From an uncultured delta proteobacterium (GTDB lineage Bacteria > Myxococcota_A > Polyangia > Polyangiales > Polyangiaceae), in NCBI GenBank assembly GCA_963782055.1, contig CAWAIF010000003.1, forward strand, positions 2,208,001 through 2,272,000: a DNA stretch of 64,000 bases, in the 5' to 3' direction. The translations under genes were made by a program, and so were the position numbers. Positions 33,159-43,485 of the stretch are shown piece by piece (positions within the stretch are counted from its first letter, which is position 1; every line of letters begins with the position of its first letter). Below the pieces are notes generated by a model. It did no database searches and had not been told where the DNA came from. It worked only from the letters and a program-made list of their open reading frames with translations.

Positions 33159-35564
33159 ATGCGGTGGGAAGTCCGGAGACGAGGCCCCATCGTCGTCGTG
33201 GCGGCAGTGCTCTCCCTCTGCCACGCCTGCGGGGGCACGACGGCGACCGCACCCCCGCATGCCGTGCTAGGGGCGTCGGAGCTGGACTTCGGCCTCGTCG
33301 ATTGCGGCAGCACCGAGTCGACCGAGCTGCTGACGATCGGGAACAGCGGCGGCTCCCCGCTGACGTGGGAGGCGAGCCTGGGCAAGACGGACGCGTTCTC
33401 TCTGGATGGCGCCGCCACGGGCACGCTCGCCCCGGGAGAGACGGCGAGCCTCCCGGTGAAGGCGAAGGTCCCGGGCGGCGCGCCCGCGGCCGAGGCGCTC
33501 GACACCACGCTCTGGGTGACCACGAACAATCCGGCGAACGGGACAGTCAGCATCCCGCTCCACCTCACGTCCCGCGGCGCGATGCTCTCGCTGAAGCCCG
33601 CGAGCGCGGACTTCGGGCAGATCCCGCTCGGCTTGAAAGCGCCGGACATCCCGGCGACGGTCACCAACTCCGGCAACGCGGCGGTCACGCTGGCCTTCGG
33701 CGCGCCGCAGGACTCGCAGTTCAGCGCGACATGGGACGGCTTCCCCTCCGCAGCGACCCTGCCACCGGACGGCGAGCTCACCACCACCCTAGGCTTTGCG
33801 CCGACCATCGACAAGACGGTGGTGGATGCTTCTGCCCTGCTCGTCACTGGCGCGGTGTGCGCTGCCCCAAAGACGATTGTGATGAAGGGCGAGGGCACGA
33901 AGGGGATCGCGGGCGTGAGCCCCAGTCTGCTCGACTTCGGTGTGGTCGGCTGCGCGACGGCGGCGGCACCGCAGAAGGTCACGCTGCTCAACGCTGGCAA
34001 CCAGTCCTACGACTTCATCGCGACACTGGCGCTTGGCGGCAGCTCTCCATACGTGGTCACGCCGAGCAGCGGGACGGTGCCTCCCAAGTCGCAAGTGCAG
34101 CTCGCGGTGGCGCCGAAGGCCGTCCCGTCGCAGTCCGCGCTGACGCCGGACCTGTACGACGACACGCTGGCGATCACGACGACCGCGCTCGACGACGTGC
34201 CGCACGCCGTGGCGCTGCAGGAGTCGGCGGGCGGCGCCATCCTCTCCACCAGCGCGCCTTTGGTCTTTTCGCGGCTCGCCATCGGCGCCGCCCCCGCGAA
34301 GCAGCAGCTCGTGATCACCAACACGGGCAACCAGCCGGCGCAGGTGACCCTCGCTCCGCCCAAGCCCTTCTCGGCGGCGGGCCCGGTGCTCGTGCCCGCG
34401 GGCGGCACGACGACGACCACCATCTCCTTCACACCCGACCCCGGAAGCCTGGGCCCGGTCACCCAGGACCTCGGGATCACGACCGCCGACCCCGTCTGCG
34501 CGCCGATCAGCGCCGCGAGCGCGAGCGCCACCACGTACGACCGCGCGAAGATCATCGCGGCGGGGGACAGGCACGCCTGCGCGACGGCGGTCAGCGGGGT
34601 GACGTATTGCTGGGGCGCAAACTTCTACGGCCAGCTCGGCGATGGCACCACCGTCACGAGGAAGAAGCCGGTGCCCGTGACCGGCCTGACGGACGTCATC
34701 GGGCTCGGGCTGGGCCAGTACCACTCGTGCGCCGTGCTTCAGGGCGGCACCGTCGAGTGCTGGGGCGCAGACTTCTACGGCCAGCTCGGCGACGGGAGCA
34801 CCGGTGGATACTCGACCAAGCCCGTCGTGGTGTCGAACCTCACCGATGCCATCCAGGTCACTGGTGGCAGCAACTCGTCCTATGCGCTGACGTCGACGGG
34901 AAGCGTCGTGGCGTGGGGCTTCAACGGCGACGGCCAGCTCGGCGACGGGACGACGCTCGACTCCAACGTCCCTGTGGAGGTTTCGGGCCTCACCGACGCG
35001 GTGCAGGTCGCCGGACGATGGTCGACAGCCTGCGCGCTGCGTGGCGGTAGCGGCGTCTGGTGTTGGGGCGGCCCGTCCCTGGGCGACGGGACGACTGGGT
35101 CGTCCGCCGTGCCCGTGGACACGGGGCTGACGGACATCGTGCAAGTGGGCGGCGGGCCCGGTGCGCAGGGGAATGGGTGCGCGGTCGAGAAGACGGGCGG
35201 CGTGGAGTGCTGGGGCTACAACCCGTACTCGATGACGCCGAGTTCGTTCGGGGGGCTCACCGACGCGGTGCAGGTCGAGGTCGGCGCGGAGTTCGCGTGT
35301 GCGCGGCGCGCGGGCGGAGGCGTCAGGTGCTGGGGCGACAACTCCTGGGGACAGCTCGGGTACGGCGCGGTCAACTTCACGTGGGTGCCGGTCGCGGTGT
35401 CGGGGGTGACGAGCGCCGCGAGCATCGCCGTCGGCCCAGACTTCGCCTGCGTGATGAATGGCGACGGCACGTTGCTCTGCTGGGGGCGAGGCGGCGCCTA
35501 TCAACTCGGCAACGGCGTCCAGGGCGATAGCCTCACGCCGGTGTCGGTGGTCGGGTTCGACTGA
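33159..35564 (+). CDS. Lipoprotein with ASH/Ig-like domains and RCC1 repeats
   Basis: Repeated LDFG...N.G Ig-like units; multiple CWGxNxxGQLGDG repeats; leader ending CHAC. Confidence 0.88.
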   Translation: MRWEVRRRGPIVVVAAVLSLCHACGGTTATAPPHAVLGASELDFGLVDCGSTESTELLTIGNSGGSPLTWEASLGKTDAFSLDGAATGTLAPGETASLPVKAKVPGGAPAAEALDTTLWVTTNNPANGTVSIPLHLTSRGAMLSLKPASADFGQIPLGLKAPDIPATVTNSGNAAVTLAFGAPQDSQFSATWDGFPSAATLPPDGELTTTLGFAPTIDKTVVDASALLVTGAVCAAPKTIVMKGEGTKGIAGVSPSLLDFGVVGCATAAAPQKVTLLNAGNQSYDFIATLALGGSSPYVVTPSSGTVPPKSQVQLAVAPKAVPSQSALTPDLYDDTLAITTTALDDVPHAVALQESAGGAILSTSAPLVFSRLAIGAAPAKQQLVITNTGNQPAQVTLAPPKPFSAAGPVLVPAGGTTTTTISFTPDPGSLGPVTQDLGITTADPVCAPISAASASATTYDRAKIIAAGDRHACATAVSGVTYCWGANFYGQLGDGTTVTRKKPVPVTGLTDVIGLGLGQYHSCAVLQGGTVECWGADFYGQLGDGSTGGYSTKPVVVSNLTDAIQVTGGSNSSYALTSTGSVVAWGFNGDGQLGDGTTLDSNVPVEVSGLTDAVQVAGRWSTACALRGGSGVWCWGGPSLGDGTTGSSAVPVDTGLTDIVQVGGGPGAQGNGCAVEKTGGVECWGYNPYSMTPSSFGGLTDAVQVEVGAEFACARRAGGGVRCWGDNSWGQLGYGAVNFTWVPVAVSGVTSAASIAVGPDFACVMNGDGTLLCWGRGGAYQLGNGVQGDSLTPVSVVGFD

Positions 35565-35847
35565 CCGCCCGCACGGGGAGCGCGCCGCCCTCATTGACGC
35601 TGGGCGGGGCCGGTTCCGAGGTGGCCAGCAGCGCCACCTCAGCCAGTGAAGGGCGGCTCGCCGACGCGCTCCGTGCTCAATCGCTCGGCGGGCGCTTCAT
35701 TGGCACACTTGCGCCATCGTGACCGACGGCACCGTCGCTTGCTGGGGCCAAGGCTCGAAGGGCCAGCTCGGCGACAAGAGCAGCGCAAACGAGACCAAGC
35801 CCGTCGCCGTCTGGGGCTTCGACTAGCTCGGACGGCACGCCAGAGCG

Positions 35848-37242
35848 TCACCCGCCGGACGGGACCTTCGAGGATCGCTTCGCGCGACGTGAACGGCGCG
35901 CTCGGGCAGGCAAGCGCCGTCCGCGTCGCGCCGTACCGCCGTCGGCGAGCAACTTGCCCGTTGGCGTTGGGCCGTGCAGAGGTTCACCCGCCTCCAAAGC
36001 GAGCAGCTTCACAGGCTGGACCTTCCTCCCACCGAGCCCTTGCACGTCGCCAACCAGGGCCGTCATGTTGGCCCTCCCGCGCTCGAGGATCTGCTCCCGC
36101 CGCTTCCACCGCGTCATCATCGCGCGCCTCTCGCTGTCCAGGTCCTCCTGGAGGTCGACGAGCGCGTCGACGATGCCCTCCACGCGACTCCGGAATCCAG
36201 TCCCCGTGATGTACGCGTGCACGGCCGCCATCATCTCGCTCTGGTTCTCACCGGCGCGCCGGGCCAGCGCCACTTCGAGGATCCCCACGCGCAGCGCCGT
36301 GGCGAGCGCCACGGCGAAGGGCCACGCGCACACCCAGACGCCGCGCTCCATGGTGACGTGCTGGACGCCGGCCGGCAGCGCCTGCGTCACGATGATGGCG
36401 GCGACGGCGCCGGCGGCGCGCTGGTCTTGCCGCACCTTGGTCAACCAGCCGGGAGACCAGCTCTGCGTGCGCTTCGACTCCCAGAGGACCAGTCCAGCCA
36501 CGTCACCGCTGGGACCGCGGGCGCCCTGGATCACGTCGGCGCCACGGACGCCCTTTGGCACGTCGCGCAGCTCGTCGCGCGGGAAGGACCGGGCGAGCAG
36601 CTCGCGGAGGACCACCTCCTGCGCTTCGCCCTGAGCCTGCGTGGGTCCGTTCCGGAGGCGGCGCTGCAGCTCGTCGATGGTCTTCTGCAGGCCGGCCTCG
36701 TGCTGGCGGTGCTCCTCGTCACGGAGCGCTTGCTGACTCAACGCAAGGTCCAGCCGCTGCTGCACCACCTTGTCCTGCGCGGCGCGCACGCGACCAATCT
36801 CCTCCGCCACGCGCTGCTCCACGTCGAGCGATTGCCGCTGCGCGCGCTCCGCAAGGAGACGCTCGCGCTTCATCAGGTCGGCCTCCTTGGAGGTGGCGGC
36901 GCGGAGACCGGCGCGCGCCTCCGTCAGCTCGCGCTCCTTGTCGCGGACGCGCGCGTCGGCCTCGCGCTCTGCGCGCTCGCGCGCCGTCTTGGCCTCGCGC
37001 TCCCGGATGGTCTCGGCCTGCGCCGCGACGAGCCGCTCGACGTCGAGGTCGAGGCGCTGCTCTCGCTCCTCGATCTCCCGCGCCAGGCGGCGGAGCTCGG
37101 TCTCCTGCGCGTCGGCGCTCCGGCGTCGATCGGCCAGGGCGGTGTCTGCGGCCGCTCTCGCCTCGGAAGCAACCTGGTCGCGGATCAAATCGGAGAGCTC
37201 GAACTCGGCCGCGCACTTGGGACAACGGATGGGGGTGGACAT
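35848..37242 (-). CDS. DUF2130-family protein
   Basis: IRCPKC N-terminus, coiled coil, QGEAQE, KGVRGADV, WESKRT motifs. Confidence 0.82.
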   Translation of the reverse strand: MSTPIRCPKCAAEFELSDLIRDQVASEARAAADTALADRRRSADAQETELRRLAREIEEREQRLDLDVERLVAAQAETIREREAKTARERAEREADARVRDKERELTEARAGLRAATSKEADLMKRERLLAERAQRQSLDVEQRVAEEIGRVRAAQDKVVQQRLDLALSQQALRDEEHRQHEAGLQKTIDELQRRLRNGPTQAQGEAQEVVLRELLARSFPRDELRDVPKGVRGADVIQGARGPSGDVAGLVLWESKRTQSWSPGWLTKVRQDQRAAGAVAAIIVTQALPAGVQHVTMERGVWVCAWPFAVALATALRVGILEVALARRAGENQSEMMAAVHAYITGTGFRSRVEGIVDALVDLQEDLDSERRAMMTRWKRREQILERGRANMTALVGDVQGLGGRKVQPVKLLALEAGEPLHGPTPTGKLLADGGTARRGRRLPARARRSRRAKRSSKVPSGG

Positions 37243-37307
37243 GGTCCTATCTTTCCGCCGCGTTCCGGCTGCCACGGGCCGGTTGCGGCGTGCTAGCGTG
37301 TGTTTCC

Positions 37308-37338
37308 AATGTGGCAACACCAGTAACGTTGCCACATT
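37308..37338. promoter_or_regulatory. 11-bp inverted repeat AATGTGGCAAC-N9-GTTGCCACATT, candidate operator
   Basis: Perfect IR in the relatively AT-rich spacer between the divergent DUF2130 and RHH genes. Confidence 0.6.
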
Positions 37339-37382
37339 AGTTACACGCGTCAAGTGTGCCTGATGTTGCTACGCGGAGGACC

Positions 37383-37604
37383 ATGAAACCACCGAGGAAA
37401 GTGGCGCGACCAGCCCGCAAGGAGCCCGATGCCAAGGTGCGCCGCAAGCCGGACGTCTCGCGCAAGGAGTCGAGCATCCGCCTCCGATGCACCGACGAGC
37501 AGAAGCGGATTCTCACGGCGGCGGCGGACCGGGAGGGGCTGGACGTCAGCTCGTGGCTGCGGACGCTGGGAATGGCGCGTGCGCGGGAGCTCGGCGTCGC
37601 GTGA
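37383..37604 (+). CDS. Ribbon-helix-helix DNA-binding protein (DUF1778/MobC-like)
   Basis: IRLRCTDEQKRILTAAADREGLDVSSWLR pattern; GGAGG RBS. Confidence 0.7.
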   Translation: MKPPRKVARPARKEPDAKVRRKPDVSRKESSIRLRCTDEQKRILTAAADREGLDVSSWLRTLGMARARELGVA

Positions 37605-37779
37605 CGCTGCGGATCACCGCGGGTCCCGCGGGTCCCCGGCGTACAGGTGTGGAGCGCGCGGGCGGAGACACGCCCATGCTTGACCAGTAGCTGGATGGGG
37701 TCATCGTCCATCCGGACCGGCCGCACCTACGCCCGCCCCACGCCGGGGCAACGCCGAACCAGTCGCCGGTTGGAGTCCT

Positions 37780-39300
37780 ATGTCCTCTCGTCCTCGAGCG
37801 CACGTCACCGGCGATGTCGGTGAACGCCTTTTCCCCACGCTCGTCCCGGAAGAGTTCGTTGTCGAGCGGCAGAACGCCGACTACGGCCTCGACTATGTGG
37901 TGCAGGTCGCGGAGGCCTTCCGCGTGACCAGCACGCGCTTCGGATGCCAGATCAAGACCAGCGCACGCCGCCACGCTCGAAGCCGCGGCGCGCTGCGCGT
38001 GACGATCGAGACGCGGCACCTTGTGGACTGGCTGGACACCGAGACGATGCCCGTGTTCCTCGTGGCTATCGACGCTGCAGACGCGAGGGGCTACTTCGTC
38101 GACGTGGACCACGTTCCGTCCACGCTGCCGGAGGGCTGGCGTGAGCAGCGGACGGTGACGGTTCGCGTGCCGGAGGCGAACGGGGTCAACGGTGGGCCTG
38201 GATTCCGCTCCGCAATTCAAGCAGCGTGGCGTCGCCGCACCAGCCCCGCCGCCGCGGCAGCACGGCGCCAGCGTGAGATCGAGCGGCTCGATCCCCGATT
38301 TTGTGCTGCAGTCAATATCATCGATGGACGCGAGCACGTCGAGCTTCGTGCGAAGGAAGATGTCGAGTGCAGATTCTCCTTCCGTTCACCCGCGGGCGCG
38401 CGAATCTTTCACGGGGACCTCGTGACATTCGCGCCCGGCGAAGCGGCCTTCGCGGGCACTCCGTTGCTGGAGAAGGTCGGACAACTCGGGGCAACGATTC
38501 GGATCGCCGCAGAACAAGCGGCCACCATGTCGCTCGTCGCCACGCGCCCGCTGGGGAATAGCCCTGCGGTGAGCGTCCCGAACCTGCCGGCAACGATCAT
38601 CGCGGCTCCGCTCGCTGTCCAATTCAAGGCGGCGCTCATGGGGAGACTGCTCACGTGGTCGATGGAGCTCCAGCGCAACCCGCCCAGCGTCGAGGCGCGG
38701 ATCGGTCTCGACGTTGGCGCGTGGGGTGGGATGCGCGTTGACGCGCTGCCGTTCCTCGACGAGCTCCTAGCCTTCACTGCCGCGTGCGTAGCCGGCTCGC
38801 CCATCCGCAATGTTCTCCACCTACCGGGCCGGGACGAAGTGCTCACCGAGGCGTTGCCGCCCCGGGACACCATCGAGCGCTTCGCTGAGATCCTCATGCT
38901 CGTGTCGCAGGCCCGCGAGGTGTGCCGTGCGCTTCGGGTGTCAGCCGCGTTGCCGGACGAGCTCACCGAGCTGCACGAGCACCAAATCCGCCGTGCCCAC
39001 GCCTTGCTCACCACCGGCGAGTACCGCGCGCCGGGCAGCGCGTACGACTTCACTGTGACGGCGACACCCATTTGTGCGCGCGACCTTCCGAAGCGCGGGC
39101 CGGTTCGCATGGTGATGGGTGGAGCTAGGAAGCCAATTTCGTTCCTGGATACTGAGATCATGGTGGCGGTTGAGAGCGTCGGCATGACCGACGCCGTGAT
39201 CGTGCCGGGCAGGCGCACTGGTGACGGCCATCGCCGTTTTCGGTTTTCGACGGAGAAGGGCGAGTTCATTCAGCGAGGCACGCCGCTGCCGACGGCATGA
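37780..39300 (+). CDS. DUF4365-like restriction-endonuclease-fold protein with unknown C-terminus
   Basis: DYGLD...CQIKT motif near the N-terminus. Confidence 0.7.
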   Translation: MSSRPRAHVTGDVGERLFPTLVPEEFVVERQNADYGLDYVVQVAEAFRVTSTRFGCQIKTSARRHARSRGALRVTIETRHLVDWLDTETMPVFLVAIDAADARGYFVDVDHVPSTLPEGWREQRTVTVRVPEANGVNGGPGFRSAIQAAWRRRTSPAAAAARRQREIERLDPRFCAAVNIIDGREHVELRAKEDVECRFSFRSPAGARIFHGDLVTFAPGEAAFAGTPLLEKVGQLGATIRIAAEQAATMSLVATRPLGNSPAVSVPNLPATIIAAPLAVQFKAALMGRLLTWSMELQRNPPSVEARIGLDVGAWGGMRVDALPFLDELLAFTAACVAGSPIRNVLHLPGRDEVLTEALPPRDTIERFAEILMLVSQAREVCRALRVSAALPDELTELHEHQIRRAHALLTTGEYRAPGSAYDFTVTATPICARDLPKRGPVRMVMGGARKPISFLDTEIMVAVESVGMTDAVIVPGRRTGDGHRRFRFSTEKGEFIQRGTPLPTA

Positions 39301-39389
39301 TGCGCGTGCCGCTGCTTGTGGCGCAGCGCGCCACAGACGCCGGCATCACCGCCTATGCGTCTGCCCAATCCTTTGGTATTACAGCCGTC

Positions 39390-39839
39390 ATGTCCAACCT
39401 GGAGACGCAGCTACAGCAGCTCGCAGCGAACTTCGCCCACAACGTGCTCGCGGCGTTGCGTGGCGCATCCCTCGGCGACATCGCCGGTGAGGCTAGCGGT
39501 CATGCAAGGACGTCGACCGCGGTGACGAGCACGCCCCGCCGGGCGCGCGCTGGCCGACCTGCGAAGGGCACACGCGCTGCGCCACAAGGCGCGGCCACGT
39601 CGCGCAAGACCGGGAAGGGCGGCCGCCTGATGCGCCGCTCGCCGGAGGCGATCACCAAGGAGGTCGACCGCATCGTCGCGCTTCTCAGGGGGAAGAAGGA
39701 CGGCCTGCGGGCCGAGCAGATCCAGGCCGCGCTCAAGCTACGGCGGAAGGAGCTGCCGAAGCCGCTCGCCGAGGGGCTCGCCAAGAAGCGCCTGAAGCGG
39801 AAGGGCGAGAAACGCGCGACCGTGTACTTCGCGACCTGA
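39390..39839 (+). CDS. Small basic DNA-binding protein (winged-helix-like C-terminus)
   Basis: Lys/Arg-rich linker; GLRAEQI...KGEKRATVYF. Confidence 0.6.
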   Translation: MSNLETQLQQLAANFAHNVLAALRGASLGDIAGEASGHARTSTAVTSTPRRARAGRPAKGTRAAPQGAATSRKTGKGGRLMRRSPEAITKEVDRIVALLRGKKDGLRAEQIQAALKLRRKELPKPLAEGLAKKRLKRKGEKRATVYFAT

Positions 39840-40451
39840 GGCGCGGTTCTCCACCCCCCGGCGGCGCGCGCCTCACGGCCCGCACGCGTTCGGTCCCCCG
39901 CAGCTCGACGACGCGAAGCTGTACGGATCGCAGTGCGCCGCGCCGCAGTTGGAGTCGTTGACGCACTGGAGCGCGCAGAACTTGTTGGCCTTGGAGTCGG
40001 TCACGCAGCAGTACTGGCCGGCGCAGGACGTCAGGCCGTTGCATCCGTCGTAGGCCGCGCCGTCGTTCGCCTTGCACACGAACGGCCCGACCGGGTTGCC
40101 CGAGTTGTCGACGTGCGGCGCGCACGCGCCCGACTTGCACTCGGCGCCGGCGGTGCAGCGGCACTCTTGCGTGAACTGGCTCGCGAGCGCACCGTTCGGC
40201 AGGCACGCGCCCTTCCCGCTGCTGAACAGCGTGCAGCATGGCGATCCGGTCGGGCACGCGCTGGAGGTGGTGCAGACCTGCGCGCACTCCTTCTGGATGC
40301 CCGTGTCGACGCAGATGGAGCCCTGGTGATGAGCGACAATTATTCCTGCAGGTCGACGACAACTATTCCTGCAGGTCGGTCGCCGTCCTGACGGCACGTG
40401 CGAGGCTGCGGTCCGGTGCTGCGGGCCGGCCCCGGGGCTCCAGGAGCTCCG

Positions 40452-41939
40452 ATGGTCACGGACGAGCAGGTCAGGCTGTTGAGGAAGAAGATGTCCGAAG
40501 GAAAGACGATCGCGTTTGCCGCGGCGGCAGCGGGGCTCTGCGAGCGCAGCGCCTACACCTGGAAGCAGGGGGCGCTGCCGAGCGAGAGCAAGGAGCCACG
40601 GGCTTGGCGCACGCGCACCGACCCGTTCGCGGGGGTCTGGGACTCCGAGATCACCCCGCTGCTCGCATCCGACGAGCACGGTGTGCTGGAGGGGACGACG
40701 GTGCTGGCGGAGCTGCGCCGACGCCACGGTGAGCAGTACGGCCCCTCGCTCCTGCGCACGTTGCAGCGGCGCATGCACGAGTGGCGTGCCCTGCACGGCC
40801 CGGGCAAGGAGGTGATGTTCGAGCAGCGGCACGAGGCCGGACGCGAGGGCTCGTTCGACTTCACCGACGCCTCCGCGCTCGGCGTCACCATCGCCGGCGA
40901 GGCGTTCCCGCACCTGTTCTTCCAGCTCGTGCTGAGCTTCAGCAAGTGGCGCTGGGTCGGGCTCGCGTTCTCCGAGACCTTCGAAGCGCTCGTGCGCGGG
41001 CTCCAGGGCGCGCTCTGGGAGCTCGGCGGCGTCCCGCGCGTCTGGCGCAGCGACAACCTCTCGGCCGCGACGCACCAGATCCCCGGCGGGGGACGTGAGC
41101 TCAATCGCCGCTTCGCCGACGTCCTCGACCACTACGGCGCGAAGTCGACGCGGATCGAGCCCGGGGAGTCTCACCAAAACGGCGTCGCCGAGAAGGCCCA
41201 CGACGTGCTGAAGTCGGCGCTGCGCCAGGAGCTGGTTGTGCGCGGGAGCCGCGACTTCCCCTCGGTCGCGGCGTACATGGAGCTCGTCGAGAAGGTCCGC
41301 GGCGGGATCAACGACGGCAAGTCCGCGGCGCTGCTGGCCGAGGAGCGAGAGCGCCTTCTCCCGCTCCCGCGCACGCGGCTGCCCGAGTACACGAAGTACA
41401 CCGCGACGGTGCGGCAGTGGAGCACGATCCACTTCGCTCACCGTGTCTACTCGGTGCCCTCGCGGCTCATCGGCTGCGAGGTCGAGGTCCGGCAGTATCC
41501 CGACCTCGTCGAGGTCTACTACCGCGACCGCACCAAGCCGACCGCCACGATGCCGCGCATCCGCGGAGACCGCTACCACCAGGTCGACTACCGGCACGTC
41601 ATCTGGTCGCTGGTGCGCAAGCCGGGCGCGTTCGCGCGCTACCGTTTCCGCGAGGAGCTGTTCCCCTCGCTCGTCTTCCGTCGCGCTTACGACGCGCTCG
41701 TCGAGGCGCATGGCGACCGCGCCGACGTCGAGTACGTGCGCATCCTTCACCTCGCGGCGAGCACGATGCAGGCCGACGTCGAGAAGGTCCTGCAGGCCCT
41801 GCTCGCGCGCGGCGAGAGGCCGGACTTCATCACGGTCAAGGCGCTCGCCGCGCCCGAAAGCCCCACGATCCCCGTCGTGCACATCCCGCCGCCAGACCTC
41901 TCCGTCTACGACCGTCTGATCGGGGGCGAAGCATCATGA
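40452..41939 (+). CDS. istA: IS21 transposase
   Basis: DFT, SDNLSAA, ENG/NGVAE-type DDE motifs; ATGA overlap with istB. Confidence 0.93.
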   Translation: MVTDEQVRLLRKKMSEGKTIAFAAAAAGLCERSAYTWKQGALPSESKEPRAWRTRTDPFAGVWDSEITPLLASDEHGVLEGTTVLAELRRRHGEQYGPSLLRTLQRRMHEWRALHGPGKEVMFEQRHEAGREGSFDFTDASALGVTIAGEAFPHLFFQLVLSFSKWRWVGLAFSETFEALVRGLQGALWELGGVPRVWRSDNLSAATHQIPGGGRELNRRFADVLDHYGAKSTRIEPGESHQNGVAEKAHDVLKSALRQELVVRGSRDFPSVAAYMELVEKVRGGINDGKSAALLAEERERLLPLPRTRLPEYTKYTATVRQWSTIHFAHRVYSVPSRLIGCEVEVRQYPDLVEVYYRDRTKPTATMPRIRGDRYHQVDYRHVIWSLVRKPGAFARYRFREELFPSLVFRRAYDALVEAHGDRADVEYVRILHLAASTMQADVEKVLQALLARGERPDFITVKALAAPESPTIPVVHIPPPDLSVYDRLIGGEAS

Positions 41940-42715
41940 CCGCCTTCACGCTGGACATGGGCACCCGCCTGCGCGAGCTGTGCGCGGGCTTCAGGCTTCC
42001 GACCTTCGCGACCGAGGTGGTCCGTCGCCTCACCGACGCGGGTCACGAGGCCGCACTGCCGACCCTGCTCGAGGTCCTCGAGGCCGAGGCCGACGAGCGC
42101 GGACAGCGTCGTACCGGGCGGCTCCTCAAGGCCTCGCGCTTGCCCCCCGGCAAGACGCTCGACACACTCGACCGCGCCCGGCTCCCGCGCGCCGTCCTCG
42201 CGAAACTCGACGAGCTCGCCACCGGCGCCTTCCTCGACCGCGCGCACAACGTCCTCTGCTTCGGCCTGCCCGGACGCGGCAAGACTCACGCCGCAGCCGC
42301 GCTCGGCCACGCGCTCGCGGGGCGAGGCCACTCCGTCCTCTTCGCGCCCACCTTCCGCCTCGTGCAGGAGCTGCTCGCAGCCAAGCGCGACCTCGACCTG
42401 CCGCGTGCCCTGCGCCGCCTCGATGCCTTCGAGCTCTTGATCCTCGACGACATCGGCTACGTCCAGCAGAGCGCCGACGAGGTCGAGGTTCTCTTCACCT
42501 TGATGGCCGAGCGCTACGAGCGTCGCTCCATCCTCATCACGAGCAACCTCGTCTTCGGCGAGTGGGATCGGATCTTCAAGAATCCCATGACCACCGCCGC
42601 CGCCATCGATCGCCTCGTGCACCACTCGGCGATCCTGGAATTCTCAGGACGCAGCAAGCGTGCCGACGACGCCGAGTCCCGCTCGAAGAAGGGACCCTCC
42701 GAGGCGACCACGTGA
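41936..42715 (+). CDS. istB: IS21 helper ATPase
   Basis: GLPGRGKT, LILDDIGY, ITSN, IDRLVHH. Confidence 0.95.
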   Translation: MTAFTLDMGTRLRELCAGFRLPTFATEVVRRLTDAGHEAALPTLLEVLEAEADERGQRRTGRLLKASRLPPGKTLDTLDRARLPRAVLAKLDELATGAFLDRAHNVLCFGLPGRGKTHAAAALGHALAGRGHSVLFAPTFRLVQELLAAKRDLDLPRALRRLDAFELLILDDIGYVQQSADEVEVLFTLMAERYERRSILITSNLVFGEWDRIFKNPMTTAAAIDRLVHHSAILEFSGRSKRADDAESRSKKGPSEATT

Positions 42716-43142
42716 CGGCAACTACCGAGGGCCAGCGACAACTACGCGACGACGACAACTACACGAGGCACGAACCATGAACCTGGCGACCACCTGCAAG
42801 AATAGTTGTCGCCACCATGCAGGGATAGTTGACGTCCATCACCCTGGTCGCAGCACTGGCTCGGGCACTGCCGGTCCGCCGGGCAGGTGGACCCGTCCGC
42901 CGAGGCGTCGGAGGCGTCCGCGGCGTCGTCCTGACCCGCGTCATCGACCGCGCCGTCCGGCCCGCCGCCGTCGGTCTGGGCGAGCGGCGCCGACGAGCAC
43001 GCGACGCCGACTCCCGTGACCACGATGAGAAACCCGAAGCGTGTGCGCATGCCATCCTCCTCCGCTGCGATCCCATGCCGCGGCGGTAACACGACATATC
43101 GCACCGTGTTTCACGAGGGTCAAGAGACCCGACTCTCACCGG

Positions 43143-43409
43143 GTGAGAGACACCAAGCGCGTCATGGCCGACATCGGCCGGCGGATCTGCGAGGAGCGGC
43201 ACGCGGCGGACTGCACGCAGGAGCAGCTGGCGGAGAAGCTGCGCGTCGATGCGCGCACGGTCCAGCGGCTTGAGCGCGGGGTGAACCTGACCCTGCCCCG
43301 GCTGATCCAGATCGCATCGGTGCTCCGCGTACCGATCGAGGCGTTCTTCCGACGGCCGGAGAGCAGGCGTGCTCCGGCACCGGGGCGGCCGCGGCGCACC
43401 GCCCGGTGA
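43143..43409 (+). CDS. XRE-family HTH regulator
   Basis: TQEQLAEKL...VQRLERGVNLTL...IASVL. Confidence 0.85.
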   Translation: MRDTKRVMADIGRRICEERHAADCTQEQLAEKLRVDARTVQRLERGVNLTLPRLIQIASVLRVPIEAFFRRPESRRAPAPGRPRRTAR

Positions 43410-43485
43410 CTTGGCGGGCAAGGACCGCGATTGTCGTCGTCGTCAGGATTGCAGTCGGGGTCCGCATCGGCGATCATGCCGCCAC

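Larger units (their letters stand above)
40327..42841 (+). mobile_element. IS21-family insertion sequence
   Basis: TG...CA ends with IRs TGATGAGCGACAATTATTCCTGCA / TGATGGACGTCAACTATCCCTGCA, internal repeated sites, 6-bp duplication CCCTGG. Confidence 0.95.
39873..43050 (-). pseudogene. Cys-rich lipoprotein gene interrupted by IS21
   Basis: MRTRFGFLIVVTGVGVAC leader; IS removal rejoins CCDQG-SICVDTG in frame. Confidence 0.85.

Noticed and set aside
43410..43485. Retron msr-msd upstream of the RT
   Set aside because: Only 76 nt of intergenic space, no flanking inverted repeat seen, and no VTG motif in the expected region of the RT
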